Positions 22,001 to 34,564 of a stretch of DNA of 64,000 bases are shown piece after piece. The notes below the pieces were generated by a model. The model worked only from the letters and a program-made list of their open reading frames with translations, did no database searches and was not told the origin of the DNA. Origin of the DNA: Macrostomum lignano. Its lineage: Eukaryota. The position numbers and the translations under genes are program-made. The stretch's first letter is position 1; each line of letters opens with the position of its first letter. The stretch covers positions 2,001-66,000 of the forward strand of contig NIVC01003996.1 of NCBI GenBank assembly GCA_002269645.1, written 5' to 3'.

Positions 22001-24089
22001 GGCTGATAATCCAAAGATTCTCCAGTGGGCTGTTAATCCTAAGATTCTTCAGTGGGCTGTTAATCCTAAGATTCTCCAGTGGGCTGTTAATCCTAAGATT
22101 CTCCATTGGGCTGTTAATCCTAAGATTCTTCAGTGGGCTGCTAACCCTCAGATTCTCCAGTGGGCTGTTAATCCAAAGATTCTCCAGTGGGCTGCTAACC
22201 CTCAGATTCTCCAGTAGGCTGTTAATCCAAAGATTCTCCAGTGGGCTGGTAATCCAAAGATTCTCCAGTAGGCTGTTAATCCTAAGATTCTCCAGTGGGC
22301 TGTTAATCCTCAGATTCTCCAGTAGGCTGTTAATCCTAAGATTCTCCAGTGGGCTGTTAATCCTCAGATTCTCCAGTAGGCTGTTAATCCTAAGATTCTC
22401 CAGTGGGCTGTTAATCCTCAGATTCTCCAGTAGGCTGTTAATCCTAAGATTCTCCAGTGGGCTGTTAATCCTCAGATTCTCCAGTAGGCTGTTAATCCTA
22501 AGATTCTCCAGTGGGCTGATAATCCTAAGATTCTCCAGTGGGCTGGTAATCCTAAGATTCTTCAGTGGGCTGGTAATCCTAAGATTCTTCAGTGGGCTGT
22601 TAATCCTCAGATTCTCCAGTAGGCTGTTAATCCTAAGATTCTCCAGTGGGCTGTTAATCCTCAGATTCTCCAGTGGGCTGTTAATCCTCAGATTCTTCAG
22701 TGGGCTGTTAATCCTCAGATTCTCCAGTAGGCTGTTAATCCTAAGATTCTCCAGTGGGCTGTTAATCCTCAGATTCTCCAGTGGGCTGGTAATCCTAAGA
22801 TTCTTCAGTGGGCTGCTAACCCTCAGATTCTCCAGTAGGCTGTTAATCCTAAGATTCTCCAGTGGGCTGTTAATCCTCAGATTCTCCAGTAGGCTGTTAA
22901 TCCTAAGATTCTCCAGTGGGCTGTTAATCCTCAGATTCTCCAGTAGGCTGTTAATCCTAAGATTCTCCAGTGGGCTGGTAATCCTAAGATTCTTCAGTGG
23001 GCTGTTAATCCTCAGATTCTCCAGTAGGCTGTTAATCCTAAGATTCTCCAGTGGGCTGTTAATCCTAAGATTCTCCAGTGGGCTGTTAATCCTCAGATTC
23101 TTCAGTGGGCTGTTAATCCTCAGATTCTCCAGTAGGCTGTTAATCCTAAGATTCTCCAGTGGGCTGTTAATCCTCAGATTCTCCAGTGGGCTGGTAATCC
23201 CAAGATTCTTCAGTGGGCTGCTAACCCTCAGATTCTCCAGTGGGCTGTTAATCCTCAGATTCTCCAGTGGGCTGTTAATCCTCAGATTCTTCAGTGGGCT
23301 GTTAATCCTCAGATTCTCCAGTAGGCTGTTAATCCTAAGATTCTCCAGTGGGCTGTTAATCCTCAGATTCTCCAGTGGGCTGGTAATCCTAAGATTCTTC
23401 AGTGGGCTGCTAACCCTCAGATTCTCCAGTAGGCTGTTAATCCTAAGATTCTCCAGTGGGCTGTTAATCCTCAGATTCTCCAGTAGGCTGTTAATCCTAA
23501 GATTCTCCAGTGGGCTGTTAATCCTCAGATTCTCCAGTAGGCTGTTAATCCTAAGATTCTCCAGTGGGCTGGTAATCCTAAGATTCTTCAGTGGGCTGTT
23601 AATCCTCAGATTCTCCAGTAGGCTGTTAATCCTAAGATTCTCCAGTGGGCTGTTAATCCTAAGATTCTCCAGTGGGCTGTTAATCCTCAGATTCTTCAGT
23701 GGGCTGTTAATCCTCAGATTCTCCAGTAGGCTGTTAATCCTAAGATTCTCCAGTGGGCTGTTAATCCTCAGATTCTCCAGTGGGCTGGTAATCCTCAGAT
23801 TCTTCAGTGGGCTGGTAATCCTCAGATCCTTCACTGGGCTGTTAATCCTCAGATCATTTAGTGACTTGACGCCTCGGATTCTTCCAATATCTAAACTATT
23901 ACAGAATACAGGTCCAGCCAGATCAAGGACGCTGACAATGGCTGGACAAGAGTTTCGGTTACTTCAGCCAATAGACAGACTGTTAAATCGCTGCAAGCAA
24001 CCAACGCAGTTCGAAGAAGTCTCCCTGTAAAACTGACGGCTTCAAAGCAGACTAATTCTATAATTAGTCCAGTGAGATCGTCTGTTTAA
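19037..24089 (+). CDS. Monocarboxylate transporter family (SLC16/MCT, MFS); one splice donor appears mutated
   Basis: Motifs HPADGGCVAW..SFCTNG..NSFG, DRVGIR, YFERRMGLVNGIVTLGSG, GYFVPF, GKLAD, GLCDG..MGPIAFDLVG. Exons ~19037-19445, 19571-20193, 20605-21127, 21568-21674, 21768-21834, 23905-24089. The donor at 20194 reads ATGAGC rather than GTGAGC. The true start codon is uncertain. Confidence 0.8.
20285..20555. repeat. ~34 bp minisatellite (CTCAGCTGTCTATGGCCATTCTATCAACC...), MCT intron
   Basis: Tandem copies. Confidence 0.85.
21180..21500. repeat. ~39-45 bp minisatellite (TTCCGATGTTTGACGTGTCATTTTGTG...), MCT intron
   Basis: Tandem copies. Confidence 0.9.
21931..23858. repeat. 27-bp satellite (GATTCTCCAGTGGGCTGTTAATCCTAA), ~70 copies, last MCT intron
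   Basis: The 9-aa period LENLRINSP in the minus-strand ORF reflects the 27-bp unit. Confidence 0.97.
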
Positions 24090-24257
24090 AAGTTTATATT
24101 GATAAAGCGCCTGACAGATTATTCATTTTTATTTTCAACTCAATTATCAGTGCATTTTTGTTAATTAATAACGTATAATTTTATACTTCAGTCACAAAAA
24201 TGAAAGCAAATTTGTTGTTTGCCTTATGAGATCTTTGTTAATATTACGTCTGACGCC

Positions 24258-27200
24258 CTCCATTCCACCCAATTACACACGGTAATCACCTGCTGCAATT
24301 GAGCAACACCACCCACCATTCAACACCAATTACACACGGTAACCACCTGCTGCAATTCAGGCACCAACACCCACCATTCAACACCAATTAGACACGGTAA
24401 CCACCTGCTGCAATTCAGGCACCAACACCCACCATTCCACACCAATTACACACGGTAACCACCTGCTGCAATTCAGGCACCAACACCCACCATTCCACAC
24501 CAATTAGACACGGTTATGAATGGAGAAAGAGGGATCACCTGATGCAACTGAGCAACAACACCCACCATTCCACACCAATTAGACACGGTTATGAATGGAG
24601 AAAGAGGGATCACCTGATGCAACTGAGCAACAACACCCACCATTCCACACCAATTAGACACGGTAATCACCTGCTGCAATTCAGGCAACAACACCCACCA
24701 TTCCACACCAATTAGACACGGTTATGAATGGAGAAAGAGGGATCACCTGATGCAACTGAGCAACAACACCCACCATTCCACACCAATTAGACACGGTTAT
24801 GAATGGAGAAAGAGGGATCACCTGATGCAACTGAGCAACAACACCCACCATTCCACACCAATTAGACACGGTTATGAATGGAGAAAGAGGGATCACCTGA
24901 TGCAACTGAGCAACAACACCCACCATTCCACACCAATTAGACACGGTAATCACCTGCTGCAATTCAGGCAACAACACCCACCATTCCACACCAATTAGAC
25001 ACGGTAACCACCTGCTGCAATTCAGGCAACAACACCCACCATTCCACACCAATTAGACACGGTAAGTACCTGCTGCAATTCAGGCACCAACACCCACCAT
25101 TCCACACCAATTAGACACGGTAAGTACCTGCTGCAATTCAGGCAACAACACCCACCATTCCACACCAATTAGACACGGTAACCACCTGCTGCAATTCAGG
25201 CACCAACACCCACCATTCCACACCAATTACACACGGTAACCACCTGCTGCAATTCAGGCAACAACACCCACCATTCCACACCAATTAGACACGGTAAGTA
25301 CCTGCTGCAATTCAGGCAACAACACCCACCATTCCACACCAATTAGACACGGTAACCACCTGCTGCAATTCAGGCACCAACACCCACCATTCCACACCAA
25401 TTACACACGGTAAGTACCTGCTGCAATTCAGGCAACAACACCCACCATTCCACACCAATTAGACACGGTAATCACCTGCTGCAATTGAGCAACACCACCC
25501 ACCATTCCACACCAATTAGACACGGTAAGTACCTGCTGCAATTGAGCAACACCACCCACCATTCCACACCAATTAGACACGGTAATCACCTGCTGCAATT
25601 GAGCAACACCACCCACCATTCCACACCAATTAGACACGGTAATCACCTGCTGCAATTGAGCAACACCACCCACCATTCCACACCAATTAGACACGGTAAG
25701 TACCTGCTGCAATTCAGGCAACAACACCCACCATTCCACACCAATTAGACACGGTAATCACCTGCTGCAATTGAGCAACACCACCCACCATTCCACACCA
25801 ATTAGACACGGTAAGTACCTGCTGCAATTGAGCAACACCACCCACCATTCCACACCAATTAGACACGGTAATCACCTGCTGCAATTGAGCAACACCACCC
25901 ACCATTCCACACCAATTAGACACGGTAATCACCTGCTGCAATTGAGCAACACCACCCACCATTCCACACCAATTAGACACGGTAAGTACCTGCTGCAATT
26001 GAGCAACACCACCCACCATTCCACACCAATTAGACACGGTAATCACCTGCTGCAATTGAGCAACACCACCCACCATTCCACACCAATTAGACACGGTAAT
26101 CACCTGCTGCAATTGAGCAACACCACCCACCATTCCACACCAATTAGACACGGTAAGTACCTGCTGCAATTGAGCAACACCACCCACCATTCCACACCAA
26201 TTAGACACGGTAAGTACCTGCTGCAATTGAGCAACACCACCCACCATTCCACACCAATTAGACACGGTAATCACCTGCTGCAATTGAGCAACACCACCCA
26301 CCATTCCACACCAATTAGACACGGTAATCACCTGCTGCAATTGAGCAACACCACCCACCATTCCACACCAATTAGACACGGTAATCACCTGCTGCAATTG
26401 AGCAACACCACCCACCATTCCACACCAATTAGACACGGTAATCACCTGCTGCAATTGAGCAACACCACCCACCATTCCACACCAATTAGACACGGTAATC
26501 ACCTGCTGCAATTGAGCAACACCACCCACCATTCCACACCAATTACACACGGTAATCACCTGCTGCAATTGAGCAACACCACCCACCATTCCACACCAAT
26601 TACACACGGTAATCACCTGCTGCAATTGAGCAACACCACCCACCATTCCACACCAATTAGACACGGTAATCACCTGCTGCAATTGAGCAACACCACCCAC
26701 CATTCCACACCAATTACACACGGTAAGTACCTGCTGCAATTGAGCAACACCACCCACCATTCCACACCAATTAGACACGGTAATCACCTGCTGCAATTGA
26801 GCAACACCACCCACCATTCCACACCAATTAGACACGGTAAGTACCTGCTGCAATTGAGCAACACCACCCACCATTCCACACCAATTAGACACGGTAATCA
26901 CCTGCTGCAATTGAGCAACACCACCCACCATTCCACACCAATTAGACACGGTAATCACCTGCTGCAATTGAGCAACACCACCCACCATTCCACACCAATT
27001 ACACACGGTAATCACCTGCTGCAATTGAGCAACACCACCCACCATTCCACACCAATTAGACACGGTAATCACCTGCTGCAATTGAGCAACACCACCCACC
27101 ATTCCACACCAATTAGACACGGTAATCACCTGCTGCAATTGAGCAACACCACCCACCATTCCACACCAATTACACACGGTAAGTACCTGCTGCAATTGAG

Positions 27201-27420
27201 CAACACCACCCACCATTCCACACCAATTACACACGGTAAGTACCTGCTGCAATTGAGCAACACCACCCACCATTCCACACCAATTACACACGGTAATCAC
27301 CTGCTGCAATTGAGCAACACCACCCACCATTCCACACCAATTACACACGGTAAGTACCTGCTGCAATTTAGGTAAAAACACCCACCATTCCACACCAATT
27401 AGACACGGTAATCACCTGCT
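24258..27420. repeat. 57-bp satellite (with 75-bp variant), >50 copies
   Basis: Unit CACGGTAATCACCTGCTGCAATTGAGCAACACCACCCACCATTCCACACCAATTAGA gives a 19-aa period in ORFs on both strands. Confidence 0.97.
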
Positions 27421-28044
27421 CCAAATGCTGTTATATGTAAAAGAAAATTTCAATTCGATGAAAATTAAAACGATGAAATGTTTGTATATTAAAAACCAAT
27501 TCAAAGTTAAAAATCGTTGTAATTTTATAGCAGTGTGAAAGATGGTTAATAGTATATTGCCATTCAAATCAGTTATAAAAGATGAGTGGAAAATGAGCTC
27601 AATGATTCAAGCCGATGAATAGCTAACTTATCAAAAGTTCTCAAAGTAAATTAACTCTAAGAAAGCTTTCAACACAAATTTATAAAGGTAAACAGCCAAA
27701 AGACTATGCTCACTTACAACTTACTAAGTAGCTAAAGTAATTTTGTACCCTTTCTAAGAAACCAAAAATAGATCTACTCGAAAATATTTACCATGGTCTT
27801 TGGACTGCTCATTCAACACAAAACTAAGCGAGATTTTAAATTTAAATTTCAAAGTTAATCAAAACAATCGAAATTAATAAGAACAACAGAGAAAGACGTG
27901 CAAATAAAATCTAACTACAAAATACTAATTTATCTAATTGGGCAGCTTTAAAACAATTGTTTGTTCCGAAAAATTAAAATTATTAGAAAAATTAAAGTGC
28001 AAAATTAGGCTAACAGATTCTTAGAAAATCTTCTTAGCCTCAGA

Positions 28045-28510
28045 ACTCAGGCAAGAGATTCTCCGACATTAGGGAAATCTCAGGAGGGGGATTCTCCGAG
28101 ATTAGGGAAATCTCAGGAGGGGGATTCTCCGAGATTAGGGAAATCTCAGGAGAGGAATTCTTCGAGATTAGGGAAATCTCAGGAGGGGGATTCTCCGAGA
28201 TTAGGGAAATCTCAGGTAGAGATTCTCCGAGGTTAGGGAAATCTCAAGAGGGGGATTCTCCGAGATTAGGAAACTCTCAGGAGGGGGATTCTTCAAGGTT
28301 AGGGAAATCTCAGGATGGGGATTCTCCGAGATTAGGGAAATCTCAGGAGGGGGATTCTCTAAGGTTAGGGAAATCTCAGGAGAGGGATTCTCCGAGATTA
28401 GGGAAATTTCAGGAGAGGGATTCTCCAAGATTAGGGAAATCTCTGGAGGACGGTTCTCCGAGATTAGGGAAATCTCAGGAGAGGAATTTTCAGAGCTTTA
28501 AGAAATCTCA
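28045..28510. repeat. 33-bp minisatellite (TTCTCCGAGATTAGGGAAATCTCAGGAGGGGGA)
   Basis: About 14 copies. Confidence 0.93.
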
Positions 28511-29089
28511 GGATGCAAAAATCTCAGGGTTAGATTATCTGAGAACATTATAATCTCAAAAAACATTATCAGAGCGCGAGAAAAATCAAGGTGGAGGTGA
28601 CTATAAAAACACTGATCTCCAATCAATTAAAAATTAATCGTTAAAAACAATATGAATTCCAGAGATTCCTACAAAACAGCTAGCTAAACTACTTACTGTA
28701 AGTAGCATGGAACTGGTGTATGTGATAAAATTGGAAAAGAAACGTTATAAATTAGGTGTTGGTCGAAAGTTAGCAGAGAAAACAAGGATTTCAAAATAGA
28801 TGAAGCTTGCACAACACAAAACTCTCAAGGCCCGGGGCTGAGCACAGACGCACCTCAGCATCTAAATATTTTGGGCCTGTATCAATACACATCAATACAA
28901 TGAAACAAAATACAAAAAACAGGCGCTGAATAAAAAAAGAATTTAAATAAATTATGCTTTTTATTGTTTTTATAGGTTGAAGTATAATTAGTTGTTCCTG
29001 AATAGTTCAAAACTGAAACTATACTCGACATAAAAATGGTCCATTGCAAATACGAGTTAATGATAAACCATGCAGGGAAATGAAGTGGA

Positions 29090-29915
29090 GAAGCGAAAGA
29101 GAAGGGGGAGAGAAGAGAGAGAAGGAAGGAAGGAAGGGGGAGAAGGCAGGAAAAAAGAGAGAAGAGAAAGGAGAGAAGGGAGGAGAGAAGGGAGAGAAGG
29201 GAGGAGAGAAGGGAGAGAAGGGAGCAGAGAAGGGAGCAGAGGAGGAGAGAAGGGAGAGAAGGGAGGAGAGAAGGGAGAGAAGGGAGGAGAGAAGGGAGGA
29301 GAGAAGGGAGAGAAGGGAGCAGAGAAGGGAGAGAAGGGAGGAGAGAAGGGAAGAGAGAAGGGAGCAGAGAAGGGAGAGAAGGGAAGAGAGAAGGGAGCAG
29401 AGAAGGGAGAGAAGGGAAGAGAGAAGGGAGCAGAGAAGGGAGAGAAGGGAAGAGAGAAGGGAGAAGTGAAGGGAGCAGAGAAGGGAGCAGAGAAGGGAGA
29501 GAAGGGAAGAGAGAAGGGAGCAGAGAAGGGAGAGAAGGGAGGAGAGAAGGGAAGAGAGAAGGGAGCAGAGAAGGGAGAGAAGGGAAGAGAGAAGGGAGCA
29601 GAGAAGGGAGAGAAGGGAAGAGAGAAGGGAGCAGAGAAGGGAGAGAAGGGAAGAGAGAAGGGAGCAGAGAAGGGAGAGAAGGGAGGAGAGAAGGGAAGAG
29701 AGAAGGGAGAGAAGGGAGGAGAGAAGGGAGGAGAGAAGGGAGAGAAGGGAGCAGAGAAGGGAGCAGAGGAGGAGAGAAGGGATCAGAGAAGGGAGCAGAG
29801 AAGGGAGCAGAGAAGGGAGCAGAGAAGGGAGCAGAGAAGGGAGCAGAGAAGGGAGCAGGGAAGGGAGGAGAGAAGGGAAAAGAGAAGGGAGAAGAGAAGG
29901 GAGAGAAGGGAGGAT
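29090..29915. repeat. Purine-only GAGAAGGGA(G/CA) microsatellite
   Basis: Tandem 9-12 bp units. Confidence 0.95.
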
Positions 29916-30095
29916 ATGAACAGAGAAAAAATAGAAAAGCAGCTTAGAAGAAGCACAACAGCAAAGACTTGGCAAAAGCCCATTGGTTTGAATGAGAAAA
30001 GGAATGACCTTTCCACTTGCCTACAAAACAACAATTAGTTGATGGGCAGTATAAACAGAAAGAGAATTCACAACAGACTGAGCACAAAAAGCAGT

Positions 30096-31226
30096 TTATT
30101 TCTGGTTCATCAAATCAACAGTTCCGTGCACAGCCGAGTGTCTGCTACTGAACTCGAGTTCCATATTCAAGGGAGTGTGCTCAGACTTTGTAGTTGGGAT
30201 GATAGACTCTGACTGAGCCGTCCCAGCTTCGCCAGCAGGCTCAGCAGCAGCAGCCTCATCATCAACGGTTGCCACCTGGACAGATCCAGCAGCTGCCAGG
30301 CGCCAGACTCGCGGATGCAGCAGTTTCAGCGAAACAGGTTTAGCGCGATTAAATCCAGTCAGAGCGCTAACAGCTAATCCCGTTGCCATAGCAACCAACA
30401 GTGCCAACGGAGTGTAGTACAAATATGATAGCCAATGAACTGGCCGTTGCCTAGCAACCAAGGAAGCGGTAGTAACAGTCCAGTTAGAGTAGTGCTCGGT
30501 GCTAATAGTGTAGTTGCTAGCATCTGTTCCATTATAGCAGCCCTCAGTGCCGAATACCCGATGATCCGGGGGTGGCGGGTCGATCAGGGCGGCAATGCTG
30601 AAGCCGAGAGTGGTTGCTAAGCTGGCTAGCAACCCGGTCAGAGCGCCGTAGCGATTGCACCAGGGCACCAGGATGCCCAGACTGAACACAGCCAACAGTG
30701 GGCCGCCAACAATGCCGAACAGGCTGAGCACAATCTGCAGCACAGTGGCTGGCAGATTAGTTGCTAGGAAGCCAATGCCCACAGTGCTCAAGCCGAGTAC
30801 AACAGCCAGCACTCTAGCAGCCCATCCGGCGGCTCGTTCGGTTAAATTCGGTTGCCAAGGCTTAATTAGATCTTCCAGCACTACCGAGCTTAAGCTATTA
30901 ATACCGGACGATACGGTGCTGAGGGAGGCTGAGAAGATGCAGGACACGAATAAACCGGTGACACCGGGTCGGGCTGAGAACAGGCGAACCACCAGAGCCG
31001 GTAGGAGCTGGTCGCGTTTCACAATATCCCCTGACAGCAGGGGGTCGCAGTCCGAGTAGAAAGCGTAGATAACTAAACCGGCCAGGCAGAGGAAGCAGAG
31101 GAACAGAAATGTGAGCGGCATCTGCAGGTAGATGGCTCGTCTGGCTACTGACTCGGTTGAGCAGCTCAGGTAGCGCTGCAGCTGGGCCTGCAGTTTTGTG
31201 CGGCGCGATTGATTGATTGATTGTTT

Positions 31227-31257
<31 letters not shown>

Positions 31258-31266
31258 TGATTGATG

Positions 31267-31313
<47 letters not shown>

Positions 31314-31314
31314 T

Positions 31315-31393
<79 letters not shown>

Positions 31394-31499
31394 TGATGGA
31401 TTAATTAATTGATGGATTGATTGATAGATTAATTAATTGATGGATTGGTTGATGGATTGATTGATTGCTTTATTGATTGATTGATTGTTTGATTAATAA

Positions 31500-31553
<54 letters not shown>

Positions 31554-31604
31554 GGATTGGTTGATGGATTGATTGATTGATGGATTGATTGATTGATTGA
31601 TTGC

Positions 31605-31652
<48 letters not shown>

Positions 31653-32770
31653 CTGATTGGTTGAATAATTTTTTGATTGATCGATCGATCGATTGATTGA
31701 TTGATTAGTTGTTTGTTTGATTGATTTATTGATTGATTGATTGTTTGTCTAATTGATTAATTGATTAATTAGTTTATTCCTTTTGTTAATTTAAAAAATC
31801 TATTTAGACTGGGTTGTTTAATTTAATAATTGATTAACTTCTTGGTTTAATTGGTTTGTCGATAAGCTTATTGATGATTGGGTTGATTAATCAATCAATA
31901 GATTAATTCATTCATGCATTCTATAAATAGCTAATACGTATCAGGGTAGTATTCAAGTCTAATGCTAATAATCATAGAGTTGAAAAAAACTTCTCACAAA
32001 ATACGCAACTAATTACCTGATTAGCCGAGTAGATAGTGAGGCACATCCCGGTGCCGCCAAACAGCAAAGTCCAGAAGCTGTGTCTCACAGTTGGATCGGG
32101 ATTAAAGTTGAAAAAGTTCAAACGGTCACCAGCAGCAGCCATCTCGAATACGCGTTCGAAACCGCCAACTTCCATAGTTGCCATGACAACTAAAGTACAG
32201 AAGGCTACAAATACAATGATCATTTGCACTAGATCGGTCCACATCACCGCTTTAATACCGCCTAGAGCTGTGTAGAAAGTGCAGACGACTCCAGTGAGTA
32301 CCATTGTGAGCGGGAATGACAGACCAGTGACCTGTTGAAATGTGATGGCCGGGCGTACAGCACCACAGCCTGATAGAAGAACATCTGGATGCAGAACACT
32401 ATGGAAGCTGCGGTGCGAACTGCCGAACTGAATCTCAACTCCAGATAGTGCTGAGCAGTGAGCACTCGATTCCGATACAGCACCGGCATGTACACCTCTG
32501 CCGTGATTGGGAAAGCTAGAAAATAGCTGATCCCCAATATGATGTACTGCACTCCTGACTGGTAAACTTCCGCAGTAGTGCCAAGAATAGAAATCGCCGA
32601 TATGAAGCCATGACTGAGAATGTCACAGGCATCAGTGTCATCTGTCTTGAGCCGAGAAATATGTCCTTAGATGACCTCTGCCTGTGGTATGCAATACCAA
32701 TACTAGCCGATATCAGCAGGACTAGAGCAAATATCAGATAGTCCAACCAGTGGAACACCACGGTAGCCAT
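30096..32770 (-). pseudogene. Sodium:solute symporter family 5 (SMCT/SMVT/NIS-like), two frameshifts in exon 1
   Basis: Exon 1 is 32770-32018 (DYLIFAL, FLGSRQM, YLELRF, YTALGGIKAVMWTD, FNFNPDPTVRHSFW, YSANQ). The intron is GT-AG and exon 2 is 31187-30096 (AQLQRYLSC, DQLLPALV, PGVTGLFVSCIFSASLSTVSSGINSL, GGPLLAVFSLG). Frame breaks occur near 32600 (MAS/ISAISILG) and near 32350 (LYA/AITFQQVTG). Confidence 0.85.
31207..31900. repeat. (GATT)n/(GATA)n microsatellite in the SLC5 intron
   Basis: Direct tetranucleotide repeats. Confidence 0.95.
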
Positions 32771-32894
32771 GATGCTTCTTTGTGTTTTTAAGCTTTTTAG
32801 TTAAACAACTTTATTATGGGAATTAAAGCTGAAATATTTTACGAAAGTATTGCATATGTTTATAAATTGCTGTAATCTGATTATTTTAATTGGA

Positions 32895-33470
32895 TCCCAA
32901 ACCCAATAAACACAATGATTCCTAAACCCAATAAACACAATGATTCCTAAACCCAATAAACACAATGATTCCTAAACCCAATAAACACAATGATTCCTAA
33001 ACCCAATAAACACAATGATTCCTAAACCCAAATAAACACAATGATTCCTAAACCCAATAAACAGAATGATTCCTAAACCCAATAAACACAATGATTCCCA
33101 AACCCAATAAACACTACTAACCCTACAAAACACAATGATCCCCCAATAATATAAACACAATGATCCCTAATCATATAAACACAATGATCCCTCAATCATA
33201 TAAACACAATGATCCCTAATCATATAAACACAATGATCCCTCAATCATATAACACAATGATCGCCCAATCATATAAACACAATGATCCCCAATCATAAAA
33301 ACAATGAACCCTAATCATATAAACACAATGATCCCCAATCATAAAAACAATGAACCCTAATCATATAAACACAATGATCCCCTAATCATATAAACACAAT
33401 GAACCCTAATCATATAAACACAATGATCCCTTATCATTTTAAACACAATGACCCCAAATACAATAAACAC
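32895..33470. repeat. ~24-25 bp minisatellite (ACCCAATAAACACAATGATTCCTAA)
   Basis: Tandem copies with a sequence gradient along the array. Confidence 0.92.
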
Positions 33471-33472
33471 AA

Positions 33473-33781
33473 TGTCGCGTATCCAGTCCTGATTGGAATT
33501 ACCTCTACACTCAGAAGTGAGTTAATAACCCCAGTCTGTGTACCCTAGGGATTTGGGGTTATGAGAATGAAATAATGTAAAAATAAATTGGCGGTGGGCC
33601 CAGCCTTGCACTGCCCCAGTTATCAAACGAAGCACTGGCTCAAGACAGCAATTAGTGAGTATTCCTCTGTGTGGACACAGGGTCTGAGGAAATTAGGGAC
33701 GGCCTGATCACGTCTCTAGATGCGACCTTCAAGGCTCAGTTATCTCGTGTTCTGTAGTTGCGATCTGGCTGTAGTGTCACA
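33473..33781. mobile_element. Possible solo LTR inserted into a 25-bp array
   Basis: About 310 bp of unique sequence with TGTCGC...TGTCACA ends interrupts the AAACACAATGATCC array, which resumes after it. No clear TSD. Confidence 0.3.
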
Positions 33782-33995
33782 ATATAAACACAAGGATCCT
33801 AAATCATATAAACGCAATCATCCAAAAACTCAATAAGGATAATTGTTCCCAATTATATAAACACTATCATTCAAAAACCATATAATTGTGTTTGCAAATA
33901 TTGTGCTAAGTACATAGATATTATTATCCAAATAATGTAATCGAAATTTGAATTAATAATAAACTCACAAAAACAAAGCATGAGTTCTGAGCTGA

Positions 33996-34245
33996 GAGGG
34001 CTGTAGCCTAGTGGTCAGAGCGTTGGACTCACGACTTGAAGGTCGGGGGTTCGATTCCTGACTCCACTGAAATAATATGTGTCCTTGAGCAAGACATTTA
34101 ACTCTATATTGCTTCAGTTCACCCCAGCTGTAAAATGGGTGCCAGCATTATCGGGGGTAATTGACCCCCCCCCCCAAGTCCTTGGACTGAACAGCCGTAC
34201 GCAGCCTTCAGCTGCCCATTGGGGCAGGTGTAATCAATCAACCAA
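33996..34245 (+). mobile_element. tRNA-derived SINE family B with CORE-like central domain
   Basis: A box TAGCCTAGTGG and B box GGTTCGATTCC, followed by GTGTCCTTGAGCAAGACATTTAACTC..GCTTCAGTTCACCCCAGCTGTAAAATGGGT, which resembles the MIR/CORE domain. Confidence 0.8.
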
Positions 34246-34564
34246 ATAACTATTCCGAATAACAACTGTTACTAGTCCTTGACAATACGAATGTCGAGTA
34301 CTAATTTGCAATTTCAATTATAAAAAACACAGCAGACTTAAAGTAACTAAACTGCCATACAAACGTACTGATTACTCTTAGAAACTTTAAATCTTAAGCT
34401 TAAAAGCTAGTTCAAGAAATTAATTGCTGTAGAAAGAAACCGAAATTCCAAGGACAGAAAGAACTTTAGAACTTATTATAACTGTACACAGACTAAAATA
34501 AAATGCAGACAGCTGCGCAGATAATGTAGGAGATAAAGTGGCACATGTAACGAAGGAGAGAAAG

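Noticed and set aside
21915-23834. 639-aa minus-strand ORF (LENLRINSP)n
   Set aside because: It is the translation of a 27-bp satellite inside an MCT intron on the opposite strand, with no unique sequence or splice context.
24258-27420. CRISPR-like appearance of long regular arrays (also 40130-40497 and 52005-54965)
   Set aside because: Units are head-to-tail with no unique spacers, there are no cas genes, and the context is eukaryotic.
29019-30038. Long ORFs of 318-322 aa on both strands (EKG/LLS repeats)
   Set aside because: Purine microsatellite with no stops by composition.
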